A stretch of DNA of 64,000 nucleotides from Porphyridium purpureum (taxonomy: Eukaryota): positions 248,001-312,000 of the forward strand of contig VRMN01000008.1 in the NCBI GenBank assembly GCA_008690995.1. The letters run 5' to 3'. Positions 1 to 9,650 of the stretch are shown one piece after another. Under the pieces are notes generated by a model. The model saw nothing but the letters and a program-made list of their open reading frames with translations. It was not told the DNA's origin and did not search any database. Both the position numbers and the translations under genes were made by a program. Within the stretch, counting starts at the first letter, position 1, and every line of letters starts with the position of its first letter.

Positions 1-87
1 GAAAAAGTGTGCTTGGACGAGGAGGCGCGGGACGTTTTGTGGGAGGTCAGCGAGGAGGCTATCGGTGAAAAGTTCATGGTCTCATAA
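1..87 (+). CDS. 3' end of a gene truncated by the window; probably a short-chain dehydrogenase (RDH/POR-like C-terminus)
   Basis: Frame 1 reads EKVCLDEEARDVLWEVSEEAIGEKFMVS* (TAA 85-87). The D-x5-LW-x2-SEE pattern is typical of RDH/WWOX/POR-type SDR C-termini. Confidence 0.5.
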   Translation, partial: EKVCLDEEARDVLWEVSEEAIGEKFMVS

Positions 88-184
88 GGGCGCGGTAGGG
101 ACTCGAGGGAGATCGCATTAAGATATTATTAATTTCAGAGCAAAGCAAACCCCTCAAAATTTCTGTTCCTGTACACATTGCGAA

Positions 185-3100
185 CTAGTCTGTGCGAAAG
201 TCATGCGGTAGGAACAATAAATTGTTGCCTTCAAGACTGGACTCCTCTTCTTGAAGCCCTGTCTTGAACATGACAAGTTCTTTCCAGATGCGAGAACCAA
301 GGCGGCGCCACGAGCGCGACTTGCTGGTGCCCGAAATCATCGCATCCTTCGGACGAAGCATGCTTGCAAGCTCTTCGAAGCGTGCTTCACTCTCGCGCAC
401 AAATATTTGAGCGTCGCGGACCCATTCCTCTAGTTGCTCGACACTGGTTTCGTCAATTTCCAAGTTTCTTGTTGCCGGATTCAAACGAAAGTACTTTTCG
501 CTTGGCAAAACATCCGACAGCGTATGGTGTACGCTCTCAGTTGATGTGGCTGAACTAATGACAGACTCGAGGATATCGTTCCAACTGACTGATTTCTTCA
601 CCTCCGCCGGCACTGCCGCTTCTAGCTGGCTCTTAACCTGCCCTCCGTTTCCCAACGACACCAGACACTCAATGGGAACGCCAGGATAGATGTGCTTGAC
701 CTCGTGAAGCGCGACCGCAGCGGGATTATTAGCCACGATTGCACCATCCGCGTGTAAGTCTCCGTTGACACGCACTTCTGAGAAAAACGTCGGCGCTGCG
801 CTCGAAGCACGCATGCCTTCCCAAACCATCGCATCCGGTGTCCCTTCGTACCGGCTCTCATGTCCCACAGGGTACGTATAGTTACGAAACAGATGTAGCT
901 GCTTGGGATTTCGCGACATCACACTGCTCACCACAAAAACCATGTTCGAATCTGAATGGCCCCGAGAGTCCATGAAACGGTATTCGCCTGCCTCGCGTCG
1001 CAGAATTTGTTCAAAGACCTTTGTGTCATAGAAAGCTTTGGTCACCAAGAGCTTCGGCCCATTCACAGGGGTCTTGCTGAAAATCTTCCCGATCAAATCC
1101 CGGTATAGAGCTTCGACCTCCTCCACTGACTTATGCATAATGCCGATGCTCGCTGCAACAATCGCGCCTGTGCTTGTGCCGCAGATGACATCGAAAAGCT
1201 CGTGGATCTCGCGCCCGGTGATCCTTTTGAGATGCTTGAGCATCTCAAACGACATGACTGCTCTTGTGCCTCCTCCGTCAATGCACAAAACACGGATACC
1301 CCGCTGCCCGGGAATACGAGGCCGCCATTCGTTGACACCGAGCGCCGCCAGCACGCGGCGTGCCCCTCGTGCCGCACTCTCTGCGACCACCCCGACCAAA
1401 TCTGAACAACCAGCGTATCCTGTCAGCGTCTTCATCACACTTTGCCGTTCCAAGACCTGGACTCTGAAATCGCGACCCGCGGCTGTATCAAGCAGCGCCA
1501 GGCTGCCGAGCAAATTTAGCGCCGAAACGCGCGCTTCCGTCTCCCACCCCGCGCTGTACACGCTGAAGTAGTTGCTCTCGCTAATTGCGGCTTCAATGCC
1601 GTCCAAAATCGATCCACCATCTGCGTTCAAAATGTCTTGCCTGCAGGTCGGCATGAGCTTTGCAAGTCCCGCGAGCGCAGTAAAAGATGCAGCGACATCC
1701 GATTTCTCCAGGATGCGGGCCCCGGTAACCAGTATGCCAACACCAACCGCATTCACATAGTCCCGAGCGGAGGCCTGGGACCGGACGCGCCCCGCGAGAT
1801 GAATAGCTTTGCGAATGTGAAACAGCTGCGGTTCTGAAAGCTGGGCCGGTGGGCTTTCGGCAGCAAGCGCTTTCTCCTTTGCTCGAAGCGAGGCGATAGC
1901 GGCAGCATCCGCAAACGCATTCCTCCCGCCACTTGCCTTGCCTGAAAGCAACGCCGCCAGGCTGACTAGATCCTGGTCCAGCTCAACACCATTTAGAATG
2001 ATGGATGTTGCCTTCCCCAAGCGCCGTCGGTGAGAATATAAATTCTGCACCGACTCGAGGCTCCTGCCCAGCCAGCTTCGCGAGCGAGGCTTTGGCTTGT
2101 GCTGGTCTGCTTTCTGATCGAGTAAAGGCTCGACAAGCCCTGCTTCCGCCAAGGCTGCCTTGCTCTCCGTGTTCCAAACGGTACCGGGAGGCGCAGGCGT
2201 CTCGGTCCGTTCGAGTTGGAAAGAACTTGCCACACTCTTCATTTCCTCCGCGTCAGACAGTTCAGCCATGCCGATGCGTTCGATCTCACTTGCAACTTCT
2301 TGTTCATTCACACGAGCGCGTCGTGTGCGCGATATTTCGTCAAACAGGGCAACCTGCAAGTCATATGGGATGACGGTTTTCAGATCAGACGCCATCATTT
2401 CCAAATCGCTACGCTCACTTCTACGCCGCAATGCCTCTCTTACTATTTCGTGAACTGAGCTATCGTTGAGGCCTCCAAATGCATGTTTTGGTCTGACAGC
2501 CTTAATCGAGGCGCGAGTATTCTTCGACGGCCGCCTTGATCCCATCCCAGCCCGAAACCGAGACGATGATTGTGGGCGATTCGCAGGTTCACCTTGTGTG
2601 CCAAGCTTTCCACCTCCATCGCCCGCTCCGGCTCCGGCTCGTGGCGTGACTTCTGACGAAACAGCTTTGGTTGGCAAACTGTCATTCTGAACCGAAGCAT
2701 GCGGTGCTTTACGTGCAATACGAAACCACGACCCGAATGGCGTCCTCGTTGATGCTTGCTTCCCAGCTGACCCTTGCATGCTCGCATCCCCAGGATCTTT
2801 CATGCTTCTGTCATGCGCAGCGCCCTGCCCAAGCTTGCGCACTGGAACTGTCCCTTTTGCGCCTCCGACTCGTGGTGCAGAAAGCTCTGACTTTCGCTCT
2901 GCGTTGACGGTAAGCTCCTTGGACAGCTTTCTTTGTGTTCGCTCGCGCATTCGCTCCTCGTATCCATCGTCGTCGTCGTCATCAGCCTCCGTTCCATTTG
3001 CCCTTGGAATACGGTCCCTCTGTGAGCCCTTCGAAGAATGAGGGTGTGCGGCAGACTCTACTGGCACGCGAGAATCGCCCTTTGAGTATCCTTCCCCTTC

Positions 3101-3799
3101 TGGCGACCAATCCTCGCTTTCTGAGCGCTTCCCGCGCCAGAACCAGCGAGCCACGAGCGCACGACGCGCAATGCGCGGAGAGACAGGGCCACCAGGTAAG
3201 GATGCGCTCGGCATTGAGCGGCTCATATCGATCTTACTGGCTTGCCTGACCAGAAAGCGCACGAGCAGGAGGGGTGATGTACCCAGATCCCGCATGAGTG
3301 TGAGAACAAGACGGGCGTTCTCGACCGTGCGCGATGAGATCCATTCCAGCACGGCGCGGACCAGCTCAAGTGCAGTTGACGCAGAGCGGTCGAATGATCT
3401 GCCTGCAATGCGCGCGAAATCCGACAAACTGGCGCTGGCGCGTAGACGAGTACGCTCCGAACGCGCTCTAGCTTCCCTGTCCCGCCGTCCATTCCCGACA
3501 TGTCCAGACGACGAGGCCGACGAGCCCGTTGCAGAAAGGGCGAGCAAGCGGTGCAAGGGGAGCGCGCGCGCGGAGAATCGCCGGACCTTCACATCTGCGA
3601 CGCACAGATGGGGTGCCTTTCTGGCATGCTGCACCCGCCACGAGACGCGCGGGCACGCGCACGCGTGCGCGCCCGCTGTGCGGCGGCCTGCACACCGCGC
3701 CGCATGCTGTGCACGCATGCTCGGCGACGCTTGTGGCGCGTCCAGCACCGACGGCACAAACCCTGTCGCTCCATCGGCCAGCTTCACACACAGCGCCAT
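185..3799 (-). CDS. Patatin-like phospholipase (iPLA2-gamma/PNPLA8-like) with long low-complexity N-terminus and ARM-like helical region
   Basis: Patatin motifs DGGGTR, GTSTG (catalytic Ser), ASSAAPTFF and DGA (catalytic Asp). First ATG at 3799 (MALCVKL...); the ORF portion upstream is a CA microsatellite. Confidence 0.92.
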   Translation of the reverse strand: MALCVKLADGATGFVPSVLDAPQASPSMRAQHAARCAGRRTAGAHACACPRVSWRVQHARKAPHLCVADVKVRRFSARALPLHRLLALSATGSSASSSGHVGNGRRDREARARSERTRLRASASLSDFARIAGRSFDRSASTALELVRAVLEWISSRTVENARLVLTLMRDLGTSPLLLVRFLVRQASKIDMSRSMPSASLPGGPVSPRIARRALVARWFWRGKRSESEDWSPEGEGYSKGDSRVPVESAAHPHSSKGSQRDRIPRANGTEADDDDDDGYEERMRERTQRKLSKELTVNAERKSELSAPRVGGAKGTVPVRKLGQGAAHDRSMKDPGDASMQGSAGKQASTRTPFGSWFRIARKAPHASVQNDSLPTKAVSSEVTPRAGAGAGDGGGKLGTQGEPANRPQSSSRFRAGMGSRRPSKNTRASIKAVRPKHAFGGLNDSSVHEIVREALRRRSERSDLEMMASDLKTVIPYDLQVALFDEISRTRRARVNEQEVASEIERIGMAELSDAEEMKSVASSFQLERTETPAPPGTVWNTESKAALAEAGLVEPLLDQKADQHKPKPRSRSWLGRSLESVQNLYSHRRRLGKATSIILNGVELDQDLVSLAALLSGKASGGRNAFADAAAIASLRAKEKALAAESPPAQLSEPQLFHIRKAIHLAGRVRSQASARDYVNAVGVGILVTGARILEKSDVAASFTALAGLAKLMPTCRQDILNADGGSILDGIEAAISESNYFSVYSAGWETEARVSALNLLGSLALLDTAAGRDFRVQVLERQSVMKTLTGYAGCSDLVGVVAESAARGARRVLAALGVNEWRPRIPGQRGIRVLCIDGGGTRAVMSFEMLKHLKRITGREIHELFDVICGTSTGAIVAASIGIMHKSVEEVEALYRDLIGKIFSKTPVNGPKLLVTKAFYDTKVFEQILRREAGEYRFMDSRGHSDSNMVFVVSSVMSRNPKQLHLFRNYTYPVGHESRYEGTPDAMVWEGMRASSAAPTFFSEVRVNGDLHADGAIVANNPAAVALHEVKHIYPGVPIECLVSLGNGGQVKSQLEAAVPAEVKKSVSWNDILESVISSATSTESVHHTLSDVLPSEKYFRLNPATRNLEIDETSVEQLEEWVRDAQIFVRESEARFEELASMLRPKDAMISGTSKSRSWRRLGSRIWKELVMFKTGLQEEESSLEGNNLLFLPHDFRTD

Positions 3800-4068
3800 G
3801 CTATTCACAGACCGACGACCCACGCGCACACATGCATGCACACACACACACACACACCGACCGTGTTTATGCTGTTGCAACGATGCAATGCACTCTTCCC
3901 CCCTGTGTCACACCCCCCGCACACCGTCCTTCTCCCTTCTCTTCCACCCGTTCAACCTTCTTTTCCCGTTCCCGCCTCCTCTCCCTCTCTATTTTCTCTT
4001 CTCTATTCCTTCTTATCAAGCACATCAGCATAACACCAACGCACGCATTTGTATGAACCTTATGTTTT

Positions 4069-4092
4069 CACACACACACACACACACACACA
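4069..4092. repeat. (CA)n microsatellite; a second one lies at about 3838-3857
   Basis: Direct reading: cacacacacacacacacacacaca. Confidence 0.9.
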
Positions 4093-4463
4093 TGTGCGTG
4101 TAGTCTCACGCAACCAGCCGCCAAAAAGGAAACACACAACAGACGCATGATTGGATGGACGGTGCACAGTACAGCTCTGGACTCGATGCGCGCGCGTCGG
4201 GTCGCTGCATGAGCGGTTCGGCGTGCAAAATGATCGGCGCTTGTGTTTTGGCAAGGTGGGAGTACAGTGGGTGTTCTGTGTCAGGTGGCTGTTGGCGCGA
4301 TGTGTGGAGGCTGCCACGCGGTGCTTTCTATGAAGATATTCGATTCGTGGTCGAAATTTACAGACCGAATGTCCGCACACGCTCACAAGATGCTTCCAGC
4401 CAGGCCGTGATATGCAAAACGCATGACATGAACGCAGTGTCCCGGATCGCGTCACGGTTTGAG

Positions 4464-4507
4464 CCGAAAACCGAAAACCGAAAACAGAAAACCGAAAACA
4501 GAAAACA

Positions 4508-4578
<71 letters not shown>

Positions 4579-4579
4579 A
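4464..4579. repeat. 7-bp tandem repeat (CCGAAAA/CCGGAAA/CAGAAAA), about 16 copies
   Basis: ccgaaaa ccgaaaa ccgaaaa cagaaaa ... ccggaaa ccggaaa, in the divergent intergenic region. Confidence 0.92.
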
Positions 4580-4965
4580 GTAGAAATTTCACTTGGATGT
4601 GCGCCAGATGATTGTCTTTGTCGGCTGCATGGTGGGAAGGCAACAGCCTGAAGAAAGTTGGTACGGGGATTCTTAACAATTTGCGCCGGCAGCTCGACGC
4701 AGCGCGTGGCCACGGTGGGTGTGGGTGTGGTTGGAATGCGCACGTTGGAAAACGAGAACGTATGTTAAGCAACCAGGTGCCTGATCAGATGGTTTTCGGT
4801 TGGCGCGGCACGTGTCGGCGCAGCGCGCGTTCTGGCTTAAAACGCGTGAACCGGTAAATGGGTGTACAGTGAGTGTACAGTTCTCGGTGGCGTAGGACGT
4901 GCGCGCCGCCGGATGAGGAGGGGTCCGTGTGGTGACATGCGCGCGTGAGGCGCGGCCAGTGTTGT

Positions 4966-7617
4966 ATGATGCGAGTGTCATCGACGCTGGCGTCCGCCCA
5001 TGCGCTGGCACGGCGGCTCCGTCGATCTGCGAAAGATGGACGGCCGCCGCCATGGGCAAAGAATGTTCTGAGCCGCAAAATAGACGTCAGCACAAGCGGC
5101 GTCCAAACGCGCCTGCTGCACACTTCGCGTACGCGAAAGCAGTCTGACGCCGAAGCCGCCGAAGCCGCTGAACAGGAGCGCAGCTTTGATGCATCGAGCA
5201 GCTCGGAACATGGCGGCCAGCGATCCTGGACGAGCTTGAACATGTACTTGACGGAGCAGACCGCAGCGAAACAGCTGCGTGGCACGTACGAAAAACTTCT
5301 GGATGCGTCAATGACCGTTGCTGATATGCGAGATCGTGATGCAGAATGGGAAAGAAAACTGATGGAGGCTTTGCACGCGGATCTGGATGCCTCTTTACTG
5401 CACGTGCGGAAACAAGAGGCACGGCTGCTCGAAGTCGATGAGAAGCTGAATGCATCGCCATCCATCAGCTCGCTGACCAAGCGACGGTGCCCGAGCGTCG
5501 GAGTCATGGTGGATGGCACGCCCGAGTCAATTGCGCTTGTCCATCTGCTTCATCGCACGGCGCAGTCCAGATCAGATGTCGAGGTACATGCTATCGTACC
5601 TCGGATCCGAATTTACGAAGACGTGGTCGAAGAGGTGGCTGGTCCAGACGATGGCGCACCTGGTACGAGTGGAGTCTCCGAGGGACTCTTGTGTAAGCTA
5701 AAGTATCTTTACGGTCAGGCGGAGATGGACCGCGACGTGGAATGGACGAGGCGCATAGCCCAGCAGTTGCGTGCGAAGGGAATTTCAGTAACACTATCAG
5801 AATGCGACCCGTTGGAGTGGGATTTCTTCCTAGGAGATATGACGTACGAAGCTCTTCGCTTGCAACTGCTCACACTGTTTGTCCCTTTCACAGTCGAAAC
5901 ACTGGTTGCGCGAAGCTGGGGCCAATGTCGAAAGGGATATTTGCGCTCGAACAAGTTTCTCGAAGCGTTCCAACGCCGACTGTGTGCGAGTGAAATATTT
6001 GATCCATGTACGGCTTGTCTGCCTCAGAATCTGTTCCAGTACGTGTATCCCCTGCGCGAGACGAAACGCTTGCAGTGTGAGCGGTACTGTAGAGAGAACG
6101 GGTTGGACATGCACTGTCCTCATCCAGGCCCGCTCGGGCAGACATCTAGTCTCGTATGCATGCTGACAGCCAAACCAGAAATGGTGCCAATGCTGAAGTC
6201 GGCCTTGCAGGCGATGCACAGCATTGCGAACGACATTGAAAACCTGGAGCACGAAACGCTGCGAAGGTCCGTAATTGCGTGGAACAACAACGGGACGGTT
6301 GTTCTAGATGCCATGCAACTAAGACCCGCCACTGGGCTCCCGCGGTGGATTGTGATCGGTGCTCTGGGACGCTTGGCGAACGTGTGTGGAGAGCCCTTGG
6401 CGGGAGGATTGATTACTTCACTCGCGGCCTTGTACGATGAGACCATTGACTTGGAGGCTCCGCTGGAAGGCACCACAAAGTTTAGTCCGAAGCGAAAAAT
6501 CCTGATCGAGGGTGTTTTCAAGGCTTTCGGCTCACAATCGATGGAGTTCTTGGTCGCCGTGAAAAATCACAAAATGGGAATTTTGCTGGAGAACTGGTTA
6601 GAACGCAGATGGATGTTTCGCGGATACCTACATCGAACCAGGTCAAACTATGCGATGATGGAAAGTCAGACATGGGAGAGGAAAAAGCCCGATCAGCACT
6701 TTCGCGAAGATGACAGAAACTTTGATCTGATCATTGCATCACCGACTGTGCCAATGAAACCTGCTTTGGTGCGAGAAAATGAGCTGTTCGAATACAATCA
6801 AGCGATTATGTTTGTTTCCGGCGTGGATGCAAAGTCCCGTCCGAAGGATTGCCTTTCATTCAGTTTTCGGGATATTTTGCTGTCCCGCATAGCCACGGCT
6901 GCCATAGAGGACGCAGCAAGAAAGGAAGCCGGCTATCATATCATGTTCGGGCTGCAGCGGCAAGGTATCCATGTCTCTGACGTGCAGCAAGTTGCATTGA
7001 ATGGAAGCAAGAACGCGGAACGGTACGATGAGTACAAAAGCATTTGGGGATCGAATGCGGAGTCGTCTTCTGGCAGCGCCGCCGGTGCGTTGCAAAGAGC
7101 AGTGGTGCCCAAATTCTTCCTGCTACATGCGGCTGTCCCGGCCACGTTCAATGAATTCTACGAGAAGCTGCGCGGAAACATTTTTCGGGCCCACTGGCCC
7201 GGTGGGCTGAAACGGAATGTGTTCGCTCTTCGAGAAGTGCTGGTAGATCAACCGGGTCTTTCGCTCCCAGTCATGGACGAGCAAACACGAAGATTATTGG
7301 AGAATGCGATGATGGGGTCGTTCGGCAAAACGACAATGCCCTTGAAACTCTTAGAGGGCTCACCTCAACGGCACACCTCGAAACTTCTGCCCCTTCGGTC
7401 CATTCCGTATCTGAATCGAAGCTCTTGGCTTTCGGATGGAAAGCCCTACGCTCTGACAATGCTTTCGCTTCCTCCGTACCACCGCCTGATTCCTTCCGGA
7501 ATCATGCCAGTGGTAGCGCATGTCTCGCGACGGAATGCCAAGAACCGCGAATATTTTCGCAAGCCGAATCGCAACAAAGTCGAGGTCTACCATTTGGATA
7601 AATCTGAAGCGAGGTGA
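4966..7617 (+). CDS. Large protein with a degenerate TilS/PP-loop (tRNA(Ile)-lysidine synthase-like) fold; probably organelle-targeted
   Basis: ATG at 4966. Arg/Ser-rich presequence-like N-terminus, then a coiled coil. VGVMVDGTPESIALVHLL resembles vSGGxDSxALlhll, and YPLRETKRLQCERYCRENGL resembles RPLl..k.ei..yc...gl. Confidence 0.55.
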   Translation: MMRVSSTLASAHALARRLRRSAKDGRPPPWAKNVLSRKIDVSTSGVQTRLLHTSRTRKQSDAEAAEAAEQERSFDASSSSEHGGQRSWTSLNMYLTEQTAAKQLRGTYEKLLDASMTVADMRDRDAEWERKLMEALHADLDASLLHVRKQEARLLEVDEKLNASPSISSLTKRRCPSVGVMVDGTPESIALVHLLHRTAQSRSDVEVHAIVPRIRIYEDVVEEVAGPDDGAPGTSGVSEGLLCKLKYLYGQAEMDRDVEWTRRIAQQLRAKGISVTLSECDPLEWDFFLGDMTYEALRLQLLTLFVPFTVETLVARSWGQCRKGYLRSNKFLEAFQRRLCASEIFDPCTACLPQNLFQYVYPLRETKRLQCERYCRENGLDMHCPHPGPLGQTSSLVCMLTAKPEMVPMLKSALQAMHSIANDIENLEHETLRRSVIAWNNNGTVVLDAMQLRPATGLPRWIVIGALGRLANVCGEPLAGGLITSLAALYDETIDLEAPLEGTTKFSPKRKILIEGVFKAFGSQSMEFLVAVKNHKMGILLENWLERRWMFRGYLHRTRSNYAMMESQTWERKKPDQHFREDDRNFDLIIASPTVPMKPALVRENELFEYNQAIMFVSGVDAKSRPKDCLSFSFRDILLSRIATAAIEDAARKEAGYHIMFGLQRQGIHVSDVQQVALNGSKNAERYDEYKSIWGSNAESSSGSAAGALQRAVVPKFFLLHAAVPATFNEFYEKLRGNIFRAHWPGGLKRNVFALREVLVDQPGLSLPVMDEQTRRLLENAMMGSFGKTTMPLKLLEGSPQRHTSKLLPLRSIPYLNRSSWLSDGKPYALTMLSLPPYHRLIPSGIMPVVAHVSRRNAKNREYFRKPNRNKVEVYHLDKSEAR

Positions 7618-7830
7618 AGACGTTTTGTCCCGCTAGTATGCTCATCCTGGGTGTCTTTGGTGCTCGCCGACGTCTGCTGTGCCGTCGCACTTGCCCACCT
7701 TTGCACGAAACCTTGGCAGTACACACTGTACCCAGCCCGCACAAGAAAAGTCGACTTTGCGCCGTCTGGTTTCGAAGCTTTCTGGGTGTTTGGCGTCGGT
7801 GTGCAGCCCACGGCGTACGAGACACCGGTG

Positions 7831-9531
7831 ATGTATCGTCTGCGCCATCCCGCAGCATCAAGTCGCCGCGTGGCGCAACGCTGGCAGCACCCCAGCCCTG
7901 GTGCGCTACTTGGCTCGCATGCACCCTCGCGTTCATACGCCAAATGGAGGTCGTGGCAATCAAAGCATGACGAACGGCGCGGAATACCAGCAAACTCTGT
8001 ATGGGACAGCAGCTCGGCGTTGCAAAACGCGAAGGACCTATATGGTTGGGAAAACTCGACCACATCTGAGCGGAGACGGTCGCCCGCGCAAACGAAGCTC
8101 GGTTCTTTTGAGCAAGATGGGAAGCCGTACGCCAGGCCTGATCTGCTTGAATCAAGATTGGCGGCGGAATCTGAACCTGAACCAGACGAGTCCAGCGATG
8201 ATGAGCCTGAGTCACATGCAAAGACTTTGACTGACTTGAACTTAATTTACAAAAGGTCTGTTGCAGTTGTACAACAAATCCTCATCGATCAAGAGCGTTT
8301 TCCATTGGAAGAGGACAAGAGCATCAGGACATGGCTAGGACGCTTTGAACAACTACTTGAAGAACCAGCACTCACAGGGGCAGGCGCGGCTCGTATCCTG
8401 CAGCTGATGGTGAAGGCGGGGCGGCTCTCAAAAATCCACCAGGTCCGAGTGCTCTCCTTCTTGCACGAACATGGCTTTTGGATGCGGGTGCGCATGCATA
8501 CGATTGACCGGCTTCGCGGCGACACAGGGGCTGGGCCGGATGCACTGCTCCTGGCTTCGCTTCTGAGTGCGATGAAAGATCTTAACATTGCCTTAGATGA
8601 CGAGTTTGCGGGAAACTGGTTCCACGCCGCCGAGGACTTGCGGAGCTTTGAGCCAGATGCTCTTGCCGTTTCTCTGCATGGACTAGTTTCTCTTCGTGCG
8701 GCGATTCCCGGGTACTTTATGCGGCTTTGGTTTGCTCGTGCGCTCAAATCAGACACGCAGTGGTCCCGAAGGAGTATACAGGCTGCGCTTTCTGCCCTCG
8801 CCAAAGGCAGGTTTGATTCTTTTCCGCAACAGCCCAAATGTGTTGAAAAATTGGTCCTTCATTGGGAAAAGGACCCAATGTGGGTTTCGGAAGGGACACC
8901 GTCAGGGAAAGACTTGTGCGCCTTGTTGACGTCTATCGCAAAACTCCGCTGGTTTAAGCCGTCGTCCGGCTTACTGGAAAAGTGGTACTTGGCTTGCGAA
9001 GATGCGTCATTCGACGCCCAAGGTCTTGCAAACTCGATTTGGGCCCTTGGTTCGCTTCGTGTCGAAAACTCCCACGCTTTTCGGCGATTTTGGGCTCTGT
9101 GGAGATTGAGGTACAGCGCCCTTGAGGAAGGCTTCAATCGCATCGAGTGCATGAATGTCTTCTGGGCCAGCGGCCGTTTGAAGCTGGACTTTCAAGAGGA
9201 TCTGGAGGTCGCGCATGAGCTAATCAGAAATGCGCTGTATCATGTAAACGAGTGGACAGCTGAAGATTGCAGCACATTTATTTGGTCCTTGTCATGCGTG
9301 GGTCAAGTGGAGCTCGAGGCGAGCCATTGGGACATGATCGAATCGTCGCTGTTTAACCTTGATGAGGAATTCAACAAGAAGCAGCTGTACTTTGTTGCCA
9401 AGTCGCTTGTTACTTTAGAGGCGCCCATCAATGTACCCGGGAAAATTTTGGAAACCCGTGCAAAGCTTGACGCAAAGAAGGAGAAAAGTTCTGACCCAAC
9501 CTCGTTGAGTCGCGAAGATGACCAACCCTGA
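7831..9531 (+). CDS. Helical-repeat (OPR/HPR/FASTK-RAP-like) organellar RNA-binding protein
   Basis: Degenerate repeats of about 38-40 aa: FEPDALAVSLHGLVSL, SGKDLCALLTSIAKL, FDAQGLANSIWALGSL, FNRIECMNVFWASGRL, WTAEDCSTFIWSLSCV. Basic N-terminus from ATG 7831. Confidence 0.72.
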   Translation: MYRLRHPAASSRRVAQRWQHPSPGALLGSHAPSRSYAKWRSWQSKHDERRGIPANSVWDSSSALQNAKDLYGWENSTTSERRRSPAQTKLGSFEQDGKPYARPDLLESRLAAESEPEPDESSDDEPESHAKTLTDLNLIYKRSVAVVQQILIDQERFPLEEDKSIRTWLGRFEQLLEEPALTGAGAARILQLMVKAGRLSKIHQVRVLSFLHEHGFWMRVRMHTIDRLRGDTGAGPDALLLASLLSAMKDLNIALDDEFAGNWFHAAEDLRSFEPDALAVSLHGLVSLRAAIPGYFMRLWFARALKSDTQWSRRSIQAALSALAKGRFDSFPQQPKCVEKLVLHWEKDPMWVSEGTPSGKDLCALLTSIAKLRWFKPSSGLLEKWYLACEDASFDAQGLANSIWALGSLRVENSHAFRRFWALWRLRYSALEEGFNRIECMNVFWASGRLKLDFQEDLEVAHELIRNALYHVNEWTAEDCSTFIWSLSCVGQVELEASHWDMIESSLFNLDEEFNKKQLYFVAKSLVTLEAPINVPGKILETRAKLDAKKEKSSDPTSLSREDDQP

Positions 9532-9650
9532 CTATTAACTGCAAATGAATCTTCTCTTTGAAATCATCGCGTCAAGATCTCTGCTTTCTTGGAGCCGCGC
9601 AAATGCCTTTACACACAATCTCTCGGCAGATGACTAGACAGACGGCGAGA

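Noticed and set aside
3171..4103. Long antisense or shadow ORFs (also 32606-33655, 33350-34174, 30474-31412, 57934-58824)
   Set aside because: Arg/Ala/Pro-biased translations of microsatellites or of the antisense strand of real genes; no motifs.
4464..4579. Repeat arrays (also 19554 and 53212) as CRISPR-like arrays
   Set aside because: Short head-to-tail units without unique spacers, no cas genes, eukaryotic context.
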